A stretch of DNA of 64,000 nucleotides from Podarcis filfolensis (Eukaryota). Both the position numbers and the translations under genes were made by a program. This document shows, piece by piece, positions 36,749 through 48,768 of this stretch. The notes below the pieces were generated by a model. It was given only the letters and a program-made list of their open reading frames with translations, did no database searches and was not told where the DNA came from. Where the stretch lies: NCBI GenBank assembly GCA_964270895.1, contig OZ185436.1; one strand, 5' to 3'. How positions within the stretch are numbered: position 1 is the stretch's first letter; every line of letters starts with the position of its first letter.

Positions 36749-38506
36749 TGCTACAACCAAACACGTAAACACTCCCATCCCGCCCCACGCACAAATCAGG
36801 GTGTTACAAGCTACAAAGGTATAGACCTTTTAATGACTCCTTAGCAATGCTTCCATTAAACGTATTCTGCGTAAGGTGCCATTTAAATGGTCTCCTATAT
36901 TTAGGAGTTAAACTGCCTACCTCAGATCTCTTCTGCTTTACCAGATGTTGGAAACTAGTGGCACCAGGGATCTAGGAAGGCTACTAACTATGCACCAGTC
37001 AAAATATTTTCACCATCAGCTCTGCAATATAGCCATTGTCTCCAAAATAGGGGTTGTCATGGGCACAAGGTTGCACTTGAGATCTTTCCTAGTGCCCACA
37101 AAGCCTCTGAGCTCAGGGTGGTTATTTTTTATACCTAGAAAATAACAGAGCTGAAGGAAGAAGTTGAAAGTGACCCTCATCCTTAATGCCAATGTGCTGT
37201 TCTAGGCTCAGCTTAATTGTACTGGATCTGACTTCTGGCTGAAAAAAAGCCCTGCTTTTATCCAAGATCCCTTGGAAAAGTAAAGCATGTATACACGCAG
37301 TTTGCCTCTTTCTGTCTCGCGGGGGCAGGGGAAAAAAGAAAGAGAGAGAAGATGGGGAGGCAGGGAGGGAACCAAAGGGGGCGGTACCCACAGCACTAGC
37401 TCAAGAATCCAAATTTGCCCACAGGCTTTAAAAAGTTGGTAATCCCTGCTGTAAAACACTGCAGCTGGCTGTTTGCTAGCAGGGGGTCTATGGAAGGAAC
37501 AGATAGTGGAGAAATCACATGGGTAGCATCTACCAACATGTCACGTCCCTAGTATCTGTGTTCCCCCCACTCCCTTCAATAAATAACCCTCATACAGCCA
37601 TGGAGTAACTTTTGAAGCAATGCATACTCCCCTTCTGTTGTACTCACTATGCTCCTCCTATGCCAGCATTTAACAGCTGCACATATTTATATATATCTCT
37701 CTCTTGGCTTTAACAAAGCAACAGAAGAAGGAAATGGGTATAGCATACAGCAAGAGAATGAAGTGGGGAGAATGAGGGGCAAACAGTGGTAAAATGTCCC
37801 ACTCAGAACAATTGCTATTTTACTATGCAAGCGCATAAGCAGCATAATCAAGCCTATGTACAGTTAAGATTAGTTCATCTGTTGCCCCTGGACTCCACTC
37901 TCAGTTCCCATCACCATGCCTTCTATCTAGCTACTAGTCCAGGATCCTCATTATCAATCTACAGGTGCCGCTGTGAGGTACCAATTGGACCCATCTGTAA
38001 AAGCATCAATTATCCAGTTAGGAAACCAGCCTACAGAAGCAACACAATGCACCCATTCCCAGACACTGAGCAACTCTCAGCCCAGGCTTCCAGTAGATTG
38101 GGAAATCTACATATAAAGCCTTCTTAGATCAGAACACCACCACCCTTAGGTCATTCTCTGCAATGTATTGTGGGCAGCCCAGATCTTCCTCACTCAAGTC
38201 TGCCTACGCCATCTCCTTGGCCATCAGCTTTGTTCTGCCTAGCTGTTCTTCGCTGCTAATGTGGGCTGTCTCCTCATATATAAATCTGCTATAACCTTCA
38301 CATCATGGCAACTGCCTGTCCCCTGAAACTAACACAGTAGAGGAATACATCAATCCAACCCAAAATATCACTTCAGACCTACAGCAGTTGGGTAACAGCC
38401 TAAAGATGCTGTTCCTAACATCAAGTCAAACCACTATGCCTGAAGTTGAACTGTCAATTTTGCAGACTCCACATGGAGGCCAAAAAGAGGTGAACTTGTC
38501 CTAGAC

Positions 38507-38762
38507 CAGGGGCAGGCAACCTAAGGCCTGGGGGCTGGATGCAGCCCAATTGTCTTCTCAATCCAGCCCGCGGACGGTCTGGGAATCAGCGTGTTTTTAC
38601 ATGAGTAGAATGTGTGCTTTTATTTAAAATGCATCTCTGGGTTATTTGTGGGGCATAGAAATTCGTTCATCCCCCCCCCCAAAAAAAAATATAGTCCAGC
38701 CCACCACATGGTCTGAAGGACAGTGGACCAACCCACGGATGAAAAAGGTTGCTGACCCCTAG
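38507..38762 (-). mobile_element. hAT-Charlie-like MITE (copy of 25821 family)
   Basis: Long near-identical reverse-complement match to 25900-26040; flanks TCCTAGAC / TCCTACAC. Confidence 0.88.
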
Positions 38763-38931
38763 TCCTACACCCACCTGCATTGTCCCTGGCTAAGCTGGCA
38801 TTTGAGCCCCTACTTCCAAGATTCAAAGCTGAATGCTATCTGCTGGAGCACTTCAGCTCAGGAGTCTTTGTATTAGGCCTCCGTTTCTGTAAAAACTATA
38901 CAACTTAAAAGAGGGGCGCAATATTTTCTAG

Positions 38932-39108
38932 CAGTGGCTTAGCTCACACTCGCAGCTCTCTGCTCCTACCTGGCTCACTCACTCTCTTAGGGGGTAAGGG
39001 TTTCTTTAACTAATCTAGTGGAAGAGACTCGAGTGCAAAAATCCACGGGTTAGGGGGCGCAAATTACTTGCCTTGCCCCGGGTGCTGACAACCCATGCTA
39101 CGCCACTG
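38932..39108. mobile_element. hAT MITE
   Basis: TIRs CAGTGGCTTAGC / GCTACGCCACTG; perfect 8-bp TSD TTTTCTAG. Confidence 0.9.
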
Positions 39109-42100
39109 TTTTCTAGACAAAGCCAGAAATGCCCAGGCTCCTCTTAGAAGAACCTGCAGCTCTCCTTGCTGTCTACCAGAGCAATCCACCTGCAGGACAG
39201 GCTTGGAAACCTTAAACAAAAAGGGGGGCTTGCCCAGCAGCAGCCCTCCAAGACCCCAAAGCAGTCGTCTTAATGTAGAAATTTGAAAGTTATTTCACTG
39301 ACTCTTGCAGTGGCTCCGCCCACATTCAGCAATTACTGGGAATGTGTGTGCTCACGTTTAGAAAAAATAAGCCCACAACACACTGGAACGCAGATGTCTA
39401 ATGATAGGTTTCGACTTGGTGATCTCAGGCTGTGGGGAGTCTCTTTCTTAACTTTCCTCCACCCCTCCCTTGCAAATTAGTCCAGGCAGTCTATTAAATC
39501 ACTTTTTCCTAGCAACCCCTCTTAGACACATGTGCACGCATATACACAGGACAGAAGCCGTCTCAGTCTTTCCAACCCCTTCCTTATGCGATTCACAAAT
39601 CATGTGATTTGGGAGGATTCTTTTTTAAAAATTAAAAAATAAAACAGAAGGTTTTTATACCAAGGCTTCTCCCGCAGAGTCAAAAGCTTTTGATTTCTTT
39701 AGTTTGCAGGGCAAACTTTCTTCCCTTCATTCCCAACAAGACAGGATATCAGTCAGTTATTCTGCTGGAGCAATGCAAAGCAACCAGAGGAGAAACTGAC
39801 AAGAGGGCTTTTGGCTCAAGCTTTCCATGGCTGGAGAAGTAGAGCCTGACAAGCGTTACTCAGTCTAGCTTGGCTTGCCACATCCGTTGGCTGCAGGAGT
39901 TGTGGTGCTAGGCTTCAGTTAAAGCATTCCAGGGTGACTGCATAAGAGCCAAGGTCTACTGGAAATAAACTCTGCCAAGCATTTAGGATCTTCAGCAGCA
40001 GCCTGGGAGGCAGGCAGTTTTATTTGCTTCCCCCAGTTCACTGTGGCACAGACATATGTCAATGAGTCTACTCTGAGTAAAAACTAGTTGAAACCACCTG
40101 AAGTATTTGGGTTGCTTCTTCATTACCTAAAATCCCAAATCCTCTGCCAAATGAGAACAATGATGCCCCAGTTTGTAAGACTGTGATGAAAATACAATGG
40201 AAAAGGACTGCAAATACTGTCCTTTGCTGGCCAGTACTTGATGTTTGAACTGAAGCTGGAAGACCGACATCCAAATCCCTGTACAGTGGGTGGCCATGGA
40301 TAAGTCACTGCCCAACATATAACATGGAATTAATTCCCACTCAAGACTGTTTTGAAAATGAATGTGATGCGGAAATGCTGCCAACCAGCCTGAGACTTGG
40401 AGACAGGGTGAGATATAATAATAAACCGGAAGTCTGTTACCCAGTGGAAAACCTAGAACAGGACTATTTTATCTACTGACTAATGTGAATCATCCCCACT
40501 TTGTTGTCATTTTCAGGAGAAAGCAAAAGAGGAAGACCTTTGTCTGCAGTGCAAAGGACTCGGCGCAGTCCTGTCCTTGGGGACACTGTCCCATCTGCTT
40601 TGCAAATCTACAGAAATAGCAACAGTTGAGCACAGCTGTTCTTTATACCATAAAACCATCTTGGGAGCTCAAGTCTCTAGAAGTAAGTGAAGAACTCTTG
40701 GCCACCAATCAGGACAAGAGATCTCAAAGTATACCCATCATTAAACAAAATCAAGAGGGCATCCCTATATAGTACAGTTTTATACCAGTTTAACTGTCAT
40801 GGCTTCCGCCCTCCCCCCAAAATCCTGCAAATTAATGCTTGTTGAGGGTGCTGAGAATGATGTTTTGGATGGCCTTAACCCTCTTCTCCACACAGATTCC
40901 TGGAGACACACACATTGGCTCAGTGTGCACACAATACTAAGCCAAATCACAGCACAGCGCAAGTGCATAAGCAAGCAAATTTCCAGGAAGTAGATCACAG
41001 CCACTTCGCCCTACTCCAGTCCTGCTGCTCTTGACAACACACTAAGACAAACCACGGCTTAGCTCAAAGCAGAAGAACTGGAGAGGAACATGGAGGAACA
41101 TCTTCTCTCCAGGAATCCACATGTCCACACACTAAAGCCATGCTTTATCTTGGGATTATGTGCAAACAGGGTCATTTTTTGTTAAAGCTAGTTTAAGAAT
41201 GAGAAGACATACCCTAGGTCAGCCTTCCACAGCCTGGTACCCTTCAGATACTGCAAGCGCCCGTCAGTATCACCAATGGTCAGGAATTATGGGAATATGA
41301 GTCAAGGTCTGGAGAGCACCAGGCTGGTGAAAGGCAGATCTAGAGGATGCCAAACAATGCTCACAGGCTCCAATAATAGGATAACTTTATGGCCCTATAG
41401 CTTCATTTATGCATCCAAGACTAGCTTAGAAAGATTGCATCCCTCACCATGCAGGGAAACATATTGAAAGGAAAAATACCTCCGAATATACGGTAAACAT
41501 TTTACAAACTGTGAGCAAGCCATTTTTCAAATATTTGGAGAGGTTCAGGGAAGCAAACAGAGCTGTTTCTAGTGGGGTCTGTCCATCCATCAAGTGAGAC
41601 TGATATAAGCAGGAAATAATTTGTGTACTCCTTAACCAGACTGACAAAAGCAGAGGTTACCCAACACTTGGCACCATGGTGGAAATATTAGTCTGTCAAG
41701 ACCAATTCAGATTCAGGTCCTCTCACATTTAGCAGCAGAAAAGAAAGAAAAGACACAGGAGCCTGATCTGGTAGTTTTCCACTTCTCTGCCAATACAACA
41801 TACACTGATTCAGGGATATCTAGGACTCAGCAGAAAAATATCTCTACCAGCAGTCATAATGACTGCAAAGCTCACACACTGCTAAATTAGAACACTGGAT
41901 GGAAAACATCAGTAGTAGAGTGAGTATCAACCCTAATAGCTGCAGAACACTATACCTGTAGGAATGCTGATAAAACTATTTAACATAACTTTTGTAAACA
42001 GACAGGTACAGTAACTTAGTCATGTATGTGAAATCCTAAGAAATTTTGGAGGATGCTCCAAACCACAGAAAGATGAGCGTGTTTTTTAAAAAATGAAAGG

Positions 42101-42639
42101 AATTTTGCAGACACAGCTATAACAAATCTTTTATTATCTCAATGATGAAAATGAAACCCTGGAAATCAGCAACTCTGCAAAAGATTCCAGATATATATTC
42201 AGAGCTATTTTTTGTTTTATTTGTATACTATATGGTTTATGAATCTAACATGTAGTTAACAGTATTTGCTCTTGATTGCATTCCTACAATGAACATGTTT
42301 TTTGCTTTCTGCATTCTCAAAACTATATAACATGGTGTACCTGCAAAAAGCCACTGTAATTAACAATGTTTCCAGAGAACTGCCTATACTGCAGTGTGTG
42401 TTTATGTGGCACGAGTAGTCCAGGTCATTATGAAAATGATTATGCATACCAACTTTGTACCTGCAACCTCACTTCCCTCCTGCTATTGCTTAAAAACCAG
42501 CTATGGTCATTCCAACACTTGTTCCGGCCCTCCCCATCAGATGAAGAACTTGAACTCATAACTCCAGCTCTGCCAAATGCTTTAATTCTTAAATCAGATT
42601 GGGGCATGAGGTCCAGAGGATGGAAACATGGTAACAGAC

Positions 42640-43262
42640 CTATTCTGTGGTGGCTCCCTACTTGTGGAATGCTTTCCCTAGAGGCTCACTTGGTGCCTTC
42701 ATTACATATTTAGGCACCAGGTAAAAACATTTTCCTTTAACTAGACCTTTGGCTGATTAATGTTCTATGTCCTTTTAATTGTGCTTGTGGGAGGAGGGTT
42801 TATTAGTTTCTTGTTCTTGTTTTTATTATGTATTTTGTGTTCTCACAGCGGGTGGTGCTGTGGTCTAAACCACTGAGCTTGCCGATCATAAGGTCAGCGG
42901 TTCGAATCCGCAGGATGGGGTGAGCTCCCGTTGCTTGGTCCCAGCTCCTGCCCACCTAGCAGTTCGAAAGCACATCAAAATGCAAGTAGATAAATAGGTA
43001 CCGCTTCGGCAGGAAGGTAAACGGCGTTTTCGTGTGCTGCTCTGGTTCGCCAGAAGCAGCTTAGTCATGCTGGCCATATGACCCAGAAGCTGTCTGCAGA
43101 CAAACGCCGGCTCCCTCAGCCTATAGAGCAAGATGAGCACTGCAACCTCAGAGCTGTCCGTGACTGGACTTAATGATTAGGGGTCCCTTTACCTTTACCT
43201 TATTGTATTTTTATGTTGTGAACCACCCCACTATCTTTGGATAATAAATAAATAATACCTAT
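42640..43262 (+). mobile_element. Old L2 3' end interrupted by a Sauria SINE
   Basis: TTCTGTGGTGGCTCCC..TGTGGAATGCTTTCCC..AAAACATTTTCCTTT..[SINE]..TTTTATGTTGTGAACCACCC + AATA tail. Confidence 0.65.
42848..43201 (+). mobile_element. Near full-length Sauria SINE
   Basis: tRNA-like head with GGTTCGAATCC B-box, Sauria body, CCTTTACCTTTACCTT tail. Confidence 0.92.
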
Positions 43263-46200
43263 CTGCTTAAAGGAGCTTGAAACAAAATTGGCTTGCAGAC
43301 ACTTTAAGCTACATATGCAGACTCCTCTACATTGGTGTAACAACAGATGAACACTGGCAGATGACAGCAACACAGCTGAGATATTGAAGGCAGGTAACTT
43401 CATTTTTTGACCACAAAACTTACCGAATAACTAGAATGAGCAGATTACAAATTACAAATAATAATCCCTTATCACAAGGCCAAATCCCAAAAAAATTCCT
43501 CTGCCTCTACAAATGCTTTCAGGATAATACCTCAGCTTCAAAAATACACTGATGGTAGTGCCCAGTTAGAAGAGGCAGAAATTCAAATTTATATCATTTT
43601 AGCAACAACGGACCAGTCAAACTTGCTGCATTTGCAAAATAACCTCTAGTGGTGGAGGGAAGGGGGAAGAGTGCACAGGGTCTGGAAAAGAAGAGCAAAG
43701 ACCACGTGCAAGAGAAACTAGTGCTGTCCCAATCAGCTACTGTCTTAAAAGTGTTTAGAAACTCTTTCCGTGCAAGTTTCAATCAAACATTGGTTGAAGA
43801 TTAAGCATAATGGTCTTTTGCTTCCTGATTCCTTGACTTACACTGAATAACTATATTATTCCAGTAAGATAAAGAGATGCCAGAGATAGACACACACTTT
43901 TCACAGCAGGCAGGACTAATCTCTCTCTCTCTCTGTAAGTCCTTTGTATTTACAATACAAACAATGTGGTTAGTATGGAAGGTTATTTACGTCCCTTTGC
44001 TGCCTCCCCGACTCTCTTCTATATACAGATTCTTTTTGCTAAATGCGTTTCACCTTCTACTCTTGTGCAAGGAATCAAAAATATCCACAGCTGAGATCAC
44101 ACTTGAAAATGTCACAGAGAGATGGTCTCTGATAAAGAAGGCAGGAGCTGCAACAGAATACTGAGAACATTTATTTGAATGTTTTTGTTTAAAAGAAGGG
44201 AGATGTGCTACACTTAAGTGATGAAGTGATGAAGAAACCTTACGTTTCAAGGGATCCTTCAAAGGCCTCCAATAAAGTTTTTGAAGATGAAGAGAGATTT
44301 TAAACAGGTAACTATTGAAATAGTTAGCGGTAGTTTTATAAGGGCTATGGGATTTATACTGTTCCATTTATTTATTTATTTATGAAAAGTGGGAGGACGA
44401 ATACATGAATACATTTACAAAGTGACCCTATATAGGTCTACTCAAACCTAAGTCTTATGGCGTTAGATGAGTCTTTCTCTCAGGCAAGTAAGTACAGGGT
44501 TACAGCTTTAATTCATTAATTAAATAGTGTAAACTCTAAGTTCAACCGTGTCTCATTCTGTCCTGCAGGTATTTCAGTTTAGACACTGGAGACAGAATCT
44601 TCATTCCCCATGCAGAATCTCTAGAAACGCCAAAGAGCTGCCATGTTCTTCTTCTGAGTGTTAGAATTATAAATAAAGTAAGTAACTAAGTAACTAAGTA
44701 CACCACACCACATCACACCAAAACCAACAGAGTAAAAGTCTTACTTTTGGGGGCTGCCACAATTATAGAATGCTCTCATCCTTGAACTATAATTGGCACC
44801 AACTTTGATGCATTTCTAGCACAATAGAAATCTCACTTATTCCAACAGAAGCAGCGTAAATGTAACAGATTAAATCTCACGCTAGGGTCTGGGAGATCTC
44901 AATTCAAGTTCCCAGCCATGTATGCTGCCCTTTGGAAGAAAGGAGGACTGCAAATACCATTTTAAAAATTAAAAAAATATGAGAGGTTAATTGACTTGGC
45001 TGGATTTTCAAATGTTATTATTCCCGACTTCACTCTGGCATTATCTACTCCCTTTCAACATCATCATCATTCCTCTTCCTCCTCCTTGGTTTTAACTACT
45101 ATAAGGTACCCTCTCTTGCATTGCTCTGTGATGAAGGGCAGCTTAAAAATTATTTTTAATCTGCAAGTACCAGAAAAAGGGTAGGAAAAGCCAGAAGCAG
45201 ACATTTCATCATCTGAAATTACTTCAGATGGAATGACCTCTTGCTCACAATGGAATAACCAAAACTGGTTCAGCTAATAATTACTATTACCTGGAAAATG
45301 TGCTACACTGACAACTCCTCTATTTGCTCAGCCCTGTGTCCTTAGATCAATGCACTAGCAGAAAAACTCAACTGGTAGCTTCTCTGGCATACGTGCTTCT
45401 TCAAAGCTGTTGATCAGAAAATTACACAGGCTGTGCTAGTGTAACAGGAAGTGCTTATGCCACAAACAAGCGCACAACCCTATTTTTCTGACAACGTTGT
45501 GGTTGGTTTTGAAGTTTTTTGTTTGTTTTTTAATCAGGCTGTCAAAAGCCCAACTATAACAGATTGTTTCAACAGATGAATCCAGGTTTAGATACATTTT
45601 TCCTCTGTAAATACAATATGCAAAATAAAGAGTGCTCTTTAGGGGTGTATGCAAAGGTCTGTGTATCCCCAATGGGCCATTAGATTTTCCCTGCCATAGC
45701 AGCCACATACACTGCATTGCAGATGGCTGTTGAAACTCAGTCGTTGCAAAAGTCTTCTAAAGAAAATTCAAGGCCCTGCTTGACACAATAGCTGTGCAAT
45801 TTTCTGGATTGTGGCCAACATCAAAAGTCCGAAAAGAGAAGCTGAACACACAGCCCCTACAAGAAAAAAACCCCTCTTATATAAAGGTCTGGATAGTGAC
45901 ATGCAAGCTCTGTATTTTACTAAAACTGCCTGTAATATGTTCTTTTATGACAGCACCACTTCTCAGCACCTAGAGGACTAGGAAAATGAAAGAAATACAG
46001 TAGTATTCAGCCACCCATGGGAATACCCACTCCAAGATAATGAACCAATAAGCCAAATTGCTACTGTCTATGGTAATATTAGCATTTAAACACAATGGAA
46101 TATATAGATATGTATATAATAGTTCGCCTCTCTGATACTTGAGCAGACCATCTCTCCTTAGCTGCTTTCAAAAGATCCTGCACCCTTTTCCAAGTATTTT

Positions 46201-46652
46201 CACTTTACACCTTCTTCTTGCAAGAGGCTTTGTGCTTTTCACACAACAGGCAGAAATTCAGCAGGTGCAATATTTCCTACCCACCAAAAAATAAAGAAGC
46301 ATAAATATATTCAGATAAACACAATCTTCAACTATAAAACATATTGGTTTAAAAGCATAACCCCCAAATACAAAAATATAAATAATTCACTATACACAGT
46401 AATTAATAAAAATACAAAGCATCACATCTGTTTACAGGATCATGTCTGGTATGTAAGTTACAGCATATACAGTATGATCATAAAGGTAAATCACTGCAAG
46501 TTTACCACAAGGCTACTCAACTCATCCATTACATGAGTGTGCACATTATTATTCTTAAGTAAATTCCTATTCCTCATAGTGTACATTCCCAAAGTCTAAG
46601 ATCTACTTCAGATCTAACATATCAGAAAATAGATTTTCCTGGTACTCAAATA

Positions 46653-47938
46653 CAGTGGTGCCCCGCAAGACGAATGCCTCGCTAAACGAAAAACCCGCAA
46701 GACGAAAGGGTTTTCCGATTTTTTAGCGGCTTCGCAAGACGAATTTCCCTATGGGCTTGCTTCGCAAGATGAAAGCCCACAGGGAAATCTCCGGGGAGAG
46801 CGGGAAGCGCAGCGCGCCTTCTCCTCTGTTCCCGGACCTGTCCTGAAGGCTTGCGGTGGGAGGTCCGGGAACAGAGGAGAAGGCGCGCAGCGCTTCTCCT
46901 CTGTTCCCGAGGCTTGCGGTGGGAGGAGGGTTTTTCCTCCCCACCGCCAACATTCAGAACAGCATTCTGAATGTTGGCGGTGGGAAGGAAAACCCTCCTC
47001 CCACCGCAAGCCTTCAGGACAGGTCCGGGAACAGAGGGGAAGGTGCGCAGCGCTTCTCCTCTGTTCCCGACCTATCTTGAAGACTTGCGGTGGGAGGAAG
47101 GTTTTCCTCCCCACCGCCAACATTCAGAAGGCTGTTCTGAAGGCTGGCGGTGGGAAGAAAAGCCCTTCTCCCGCCGCCAGCCTTCAGAAGAGTTCCCCCA
47201 GGGCTGCCTAGGCTGCGGATAGCAGCCTGCTGCCCCGCGCGAGGGGCGCTCTGCGTCAGAGCGCCCCTCGCGCGGGGCAGCAGGCTGCTATCCGCAGCTT
47301 GGAGAGCCCTGCAGGGAACTCCTGCAGGGCTCCCCAAGCTGCAAATGTCCGCCCCGCGCGAGGAGCGCTCTGCTTAAGAGCGCCCCTCGTGTGGGGCAGC
47401 AGGCTGCTATCCGCAGCTTGGAGAGCCCTGCGGGGAAGTCCTGCAGGGCTGCCCAAGCTGCGAATGTCTGCCCCGCGCGAGGGGCGCTCTGAAGCAGAGC
47501 GCCCCTCGCGCGGGGCAGCAGGCTGCTATCCGCAGCTTGGAGAGCCCTGCAGGGAACTCCTGCAGGGCTCCCCAAGCTGCAAATGTCTGCCCCGCGCGAG
47601 GGGCGCTCTGCTTAAGAGCGCCCCTCGCGCGCGGCAGCAGGCTGCTATCCGCAGCCTAGGCAGCCCTGGGGGAACTCTTCTGAAGGCTGGCGGCGGGAGA
47701 AGGGCATTTCTTCCCACCGCCAGCCTTCAGAAGGCTGTTCTGAAGGCTGGCGGTGGGGAGAAAAGTCCTTCTCCCCCCGCCAGCCTTCAGAAGAGGTCCG
47801 GGGACAGGCGGTCTCCATAGGAACGCATTAATTGATTTTCAATGCATTCCTATGGGAAACCGTGCTTCGCAAGACGAAAAACTCGCAAGAAGAAAAAACT
47901 TGCGGAACGAATTAATTTCGTCTTGCGAGGCACCACTG
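46653..47938. mobile_element. 1286-bp non-autonomous Tc1/mariner (Tigger/pogo-like) element with CpG-rich palindromic interior
   Basis: TIRs CAGTGGTGCCCCGCAAGACGAA / TTCGTCTTGCGAGGCACCACTG, TA at 46651-52 and 47939-40, subterminal CGCAAGACGAA repeats, no transposase. Confidence 0.93.
47230..47660. repeat. Four about 120-bp GC-rich palindromic tandem units inside the MITE
   Basis: Unit core CTGCCCCGCGCGAGGGGCGCTCT-loop-AGAGCGCCCCTCGCGCGGGGCAG starting near 47230, 47350, 47469 and 47588. Confidence 0.92.
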
Positions 47939-47992
47939 TAATGATTGTGTTAACAGTGATGCAAACAAGAAGCAGCTCTCCCTGAGACTTAC

Positions 47993-48250
47993 CGTGTGAG
48001 GGCTGTCATAGTAGAGAGCAATGGAGCACAGCCTTGGAGAGATGCTGCAGCTCTCCGTAAACAGCCTTCCAGAGTCACCATAAGGCCCCACCTGGAATTT
48101 ATATGCCACAGTGATGCTGCCGAAGGGGGGCAAACCAGCACTCACAATCACTTCTGTGAAGAGCCCCGAATAAACAGCAAAGCCAAAGAGCGTCAACAGC
48201 AGAAGCGCAACCAGTGCAGCAAACAATCCAATGAGCAGCCAGTCTGCCAT
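47993..48250 (-). CDS. TEX264: TEX264 first coding exon (86 codons: N-terminal TM anchor plus start of GyrI-like domain)
   Basis: Translation MADWLLIGLFAALVALLLLTLFGFAVYSGLFTEVIVSAGLPPFGSITVAYKFQVGPYGDSGRLFTESCSISPRLCSIALYYDSPHT matches the recalled vertebrate TEX264 N-terminus (MSDLLLLGLIGG...TVAYKF..GLYGETGRLFTESCSISPKLRSIAVYYDNPH). ATG at 48250-48248; phase-0 donor ACG/GTAAGT at 47993/47992; 258 nt. An upstream polypyrimidine acceptor TTTTGTCCTCCTCTCTTGTCCTTAG puts the exon start at about 48281. Confidence 0.97.
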
Positions 48251-48632
48251 GACTCCAGGTGCCTCACACTGCAGGAATCAACTAAGGACAAGAGAGGAGG
48301 ACAAAAATTAGGTAATCATAATGCAAATGGATATTTCCTAGAGTAACAGATAAGTTTAGGGAAAGTTTTCCCAAAGAAAATATGACTCAGATCCACACTG
48401 CAAACCTTTGCATTTGCAAGGCAGTGTTGTAATGGAATTGTTCATGTTTACAGGTCACTGCTGTACTGAAATTATTTGCCACTGCTGCTCAAGGGACACA
48501 CTGCATAGAATAACATATTGTAAGTCACTTGTCTACAATGTACGCCTGTACTCCATGCAGCTGGGAAGCTCAATAAGGAGAATCTAAGTGATGTTTGAAA
48601 TGCATATGTGCACCAATCCAGATGCCATAGGT

Positions 48633-48768
48633 CAGGCTTCCTCAAGCTCGGCCCTCCAGATGTTTTTGGCCTACAACTCCCATGATCCCTAGCTAGCAGG
48701 ACCAGTGGTCAGGGATGCTGGGAACTGTAGTCTCAAAACATCTGGAGGGCCAAAGTTGAGGAAGCCTG
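48633..48768. mobile_element. Palindromic hAT-like MITE (family of 18642)
   Basis: TIRs CAGGCTTCCTCAA / TTGAGGAAGCCTG; flanks CCATAGGT / GCATAGGT. Confidence 0.88.

Noticed and set aside
42848-42930. tRNA gene (GGTTCGAATCC B-box)
   Set aside because: It is the tRNA-derived head of a Sauria SINE, continuing into SINE body and tail; no full cloverleaf.
47200-47660. CRISPR-like array of palindromic repeats
   Set aside because: The intervening sequences are near-identical rather than unique spacers, the period is about 120 bp, there are no cas genes, and the array lies inside a TA-flanked eukaryotic MITE.
46723-47941. Cluster of 60-173 aa ORFs on both strands
   Set aside because: Products of stop-poor GC-rich palindromic repeats; the peptides are internally repetitive, with no transposase or other domain.
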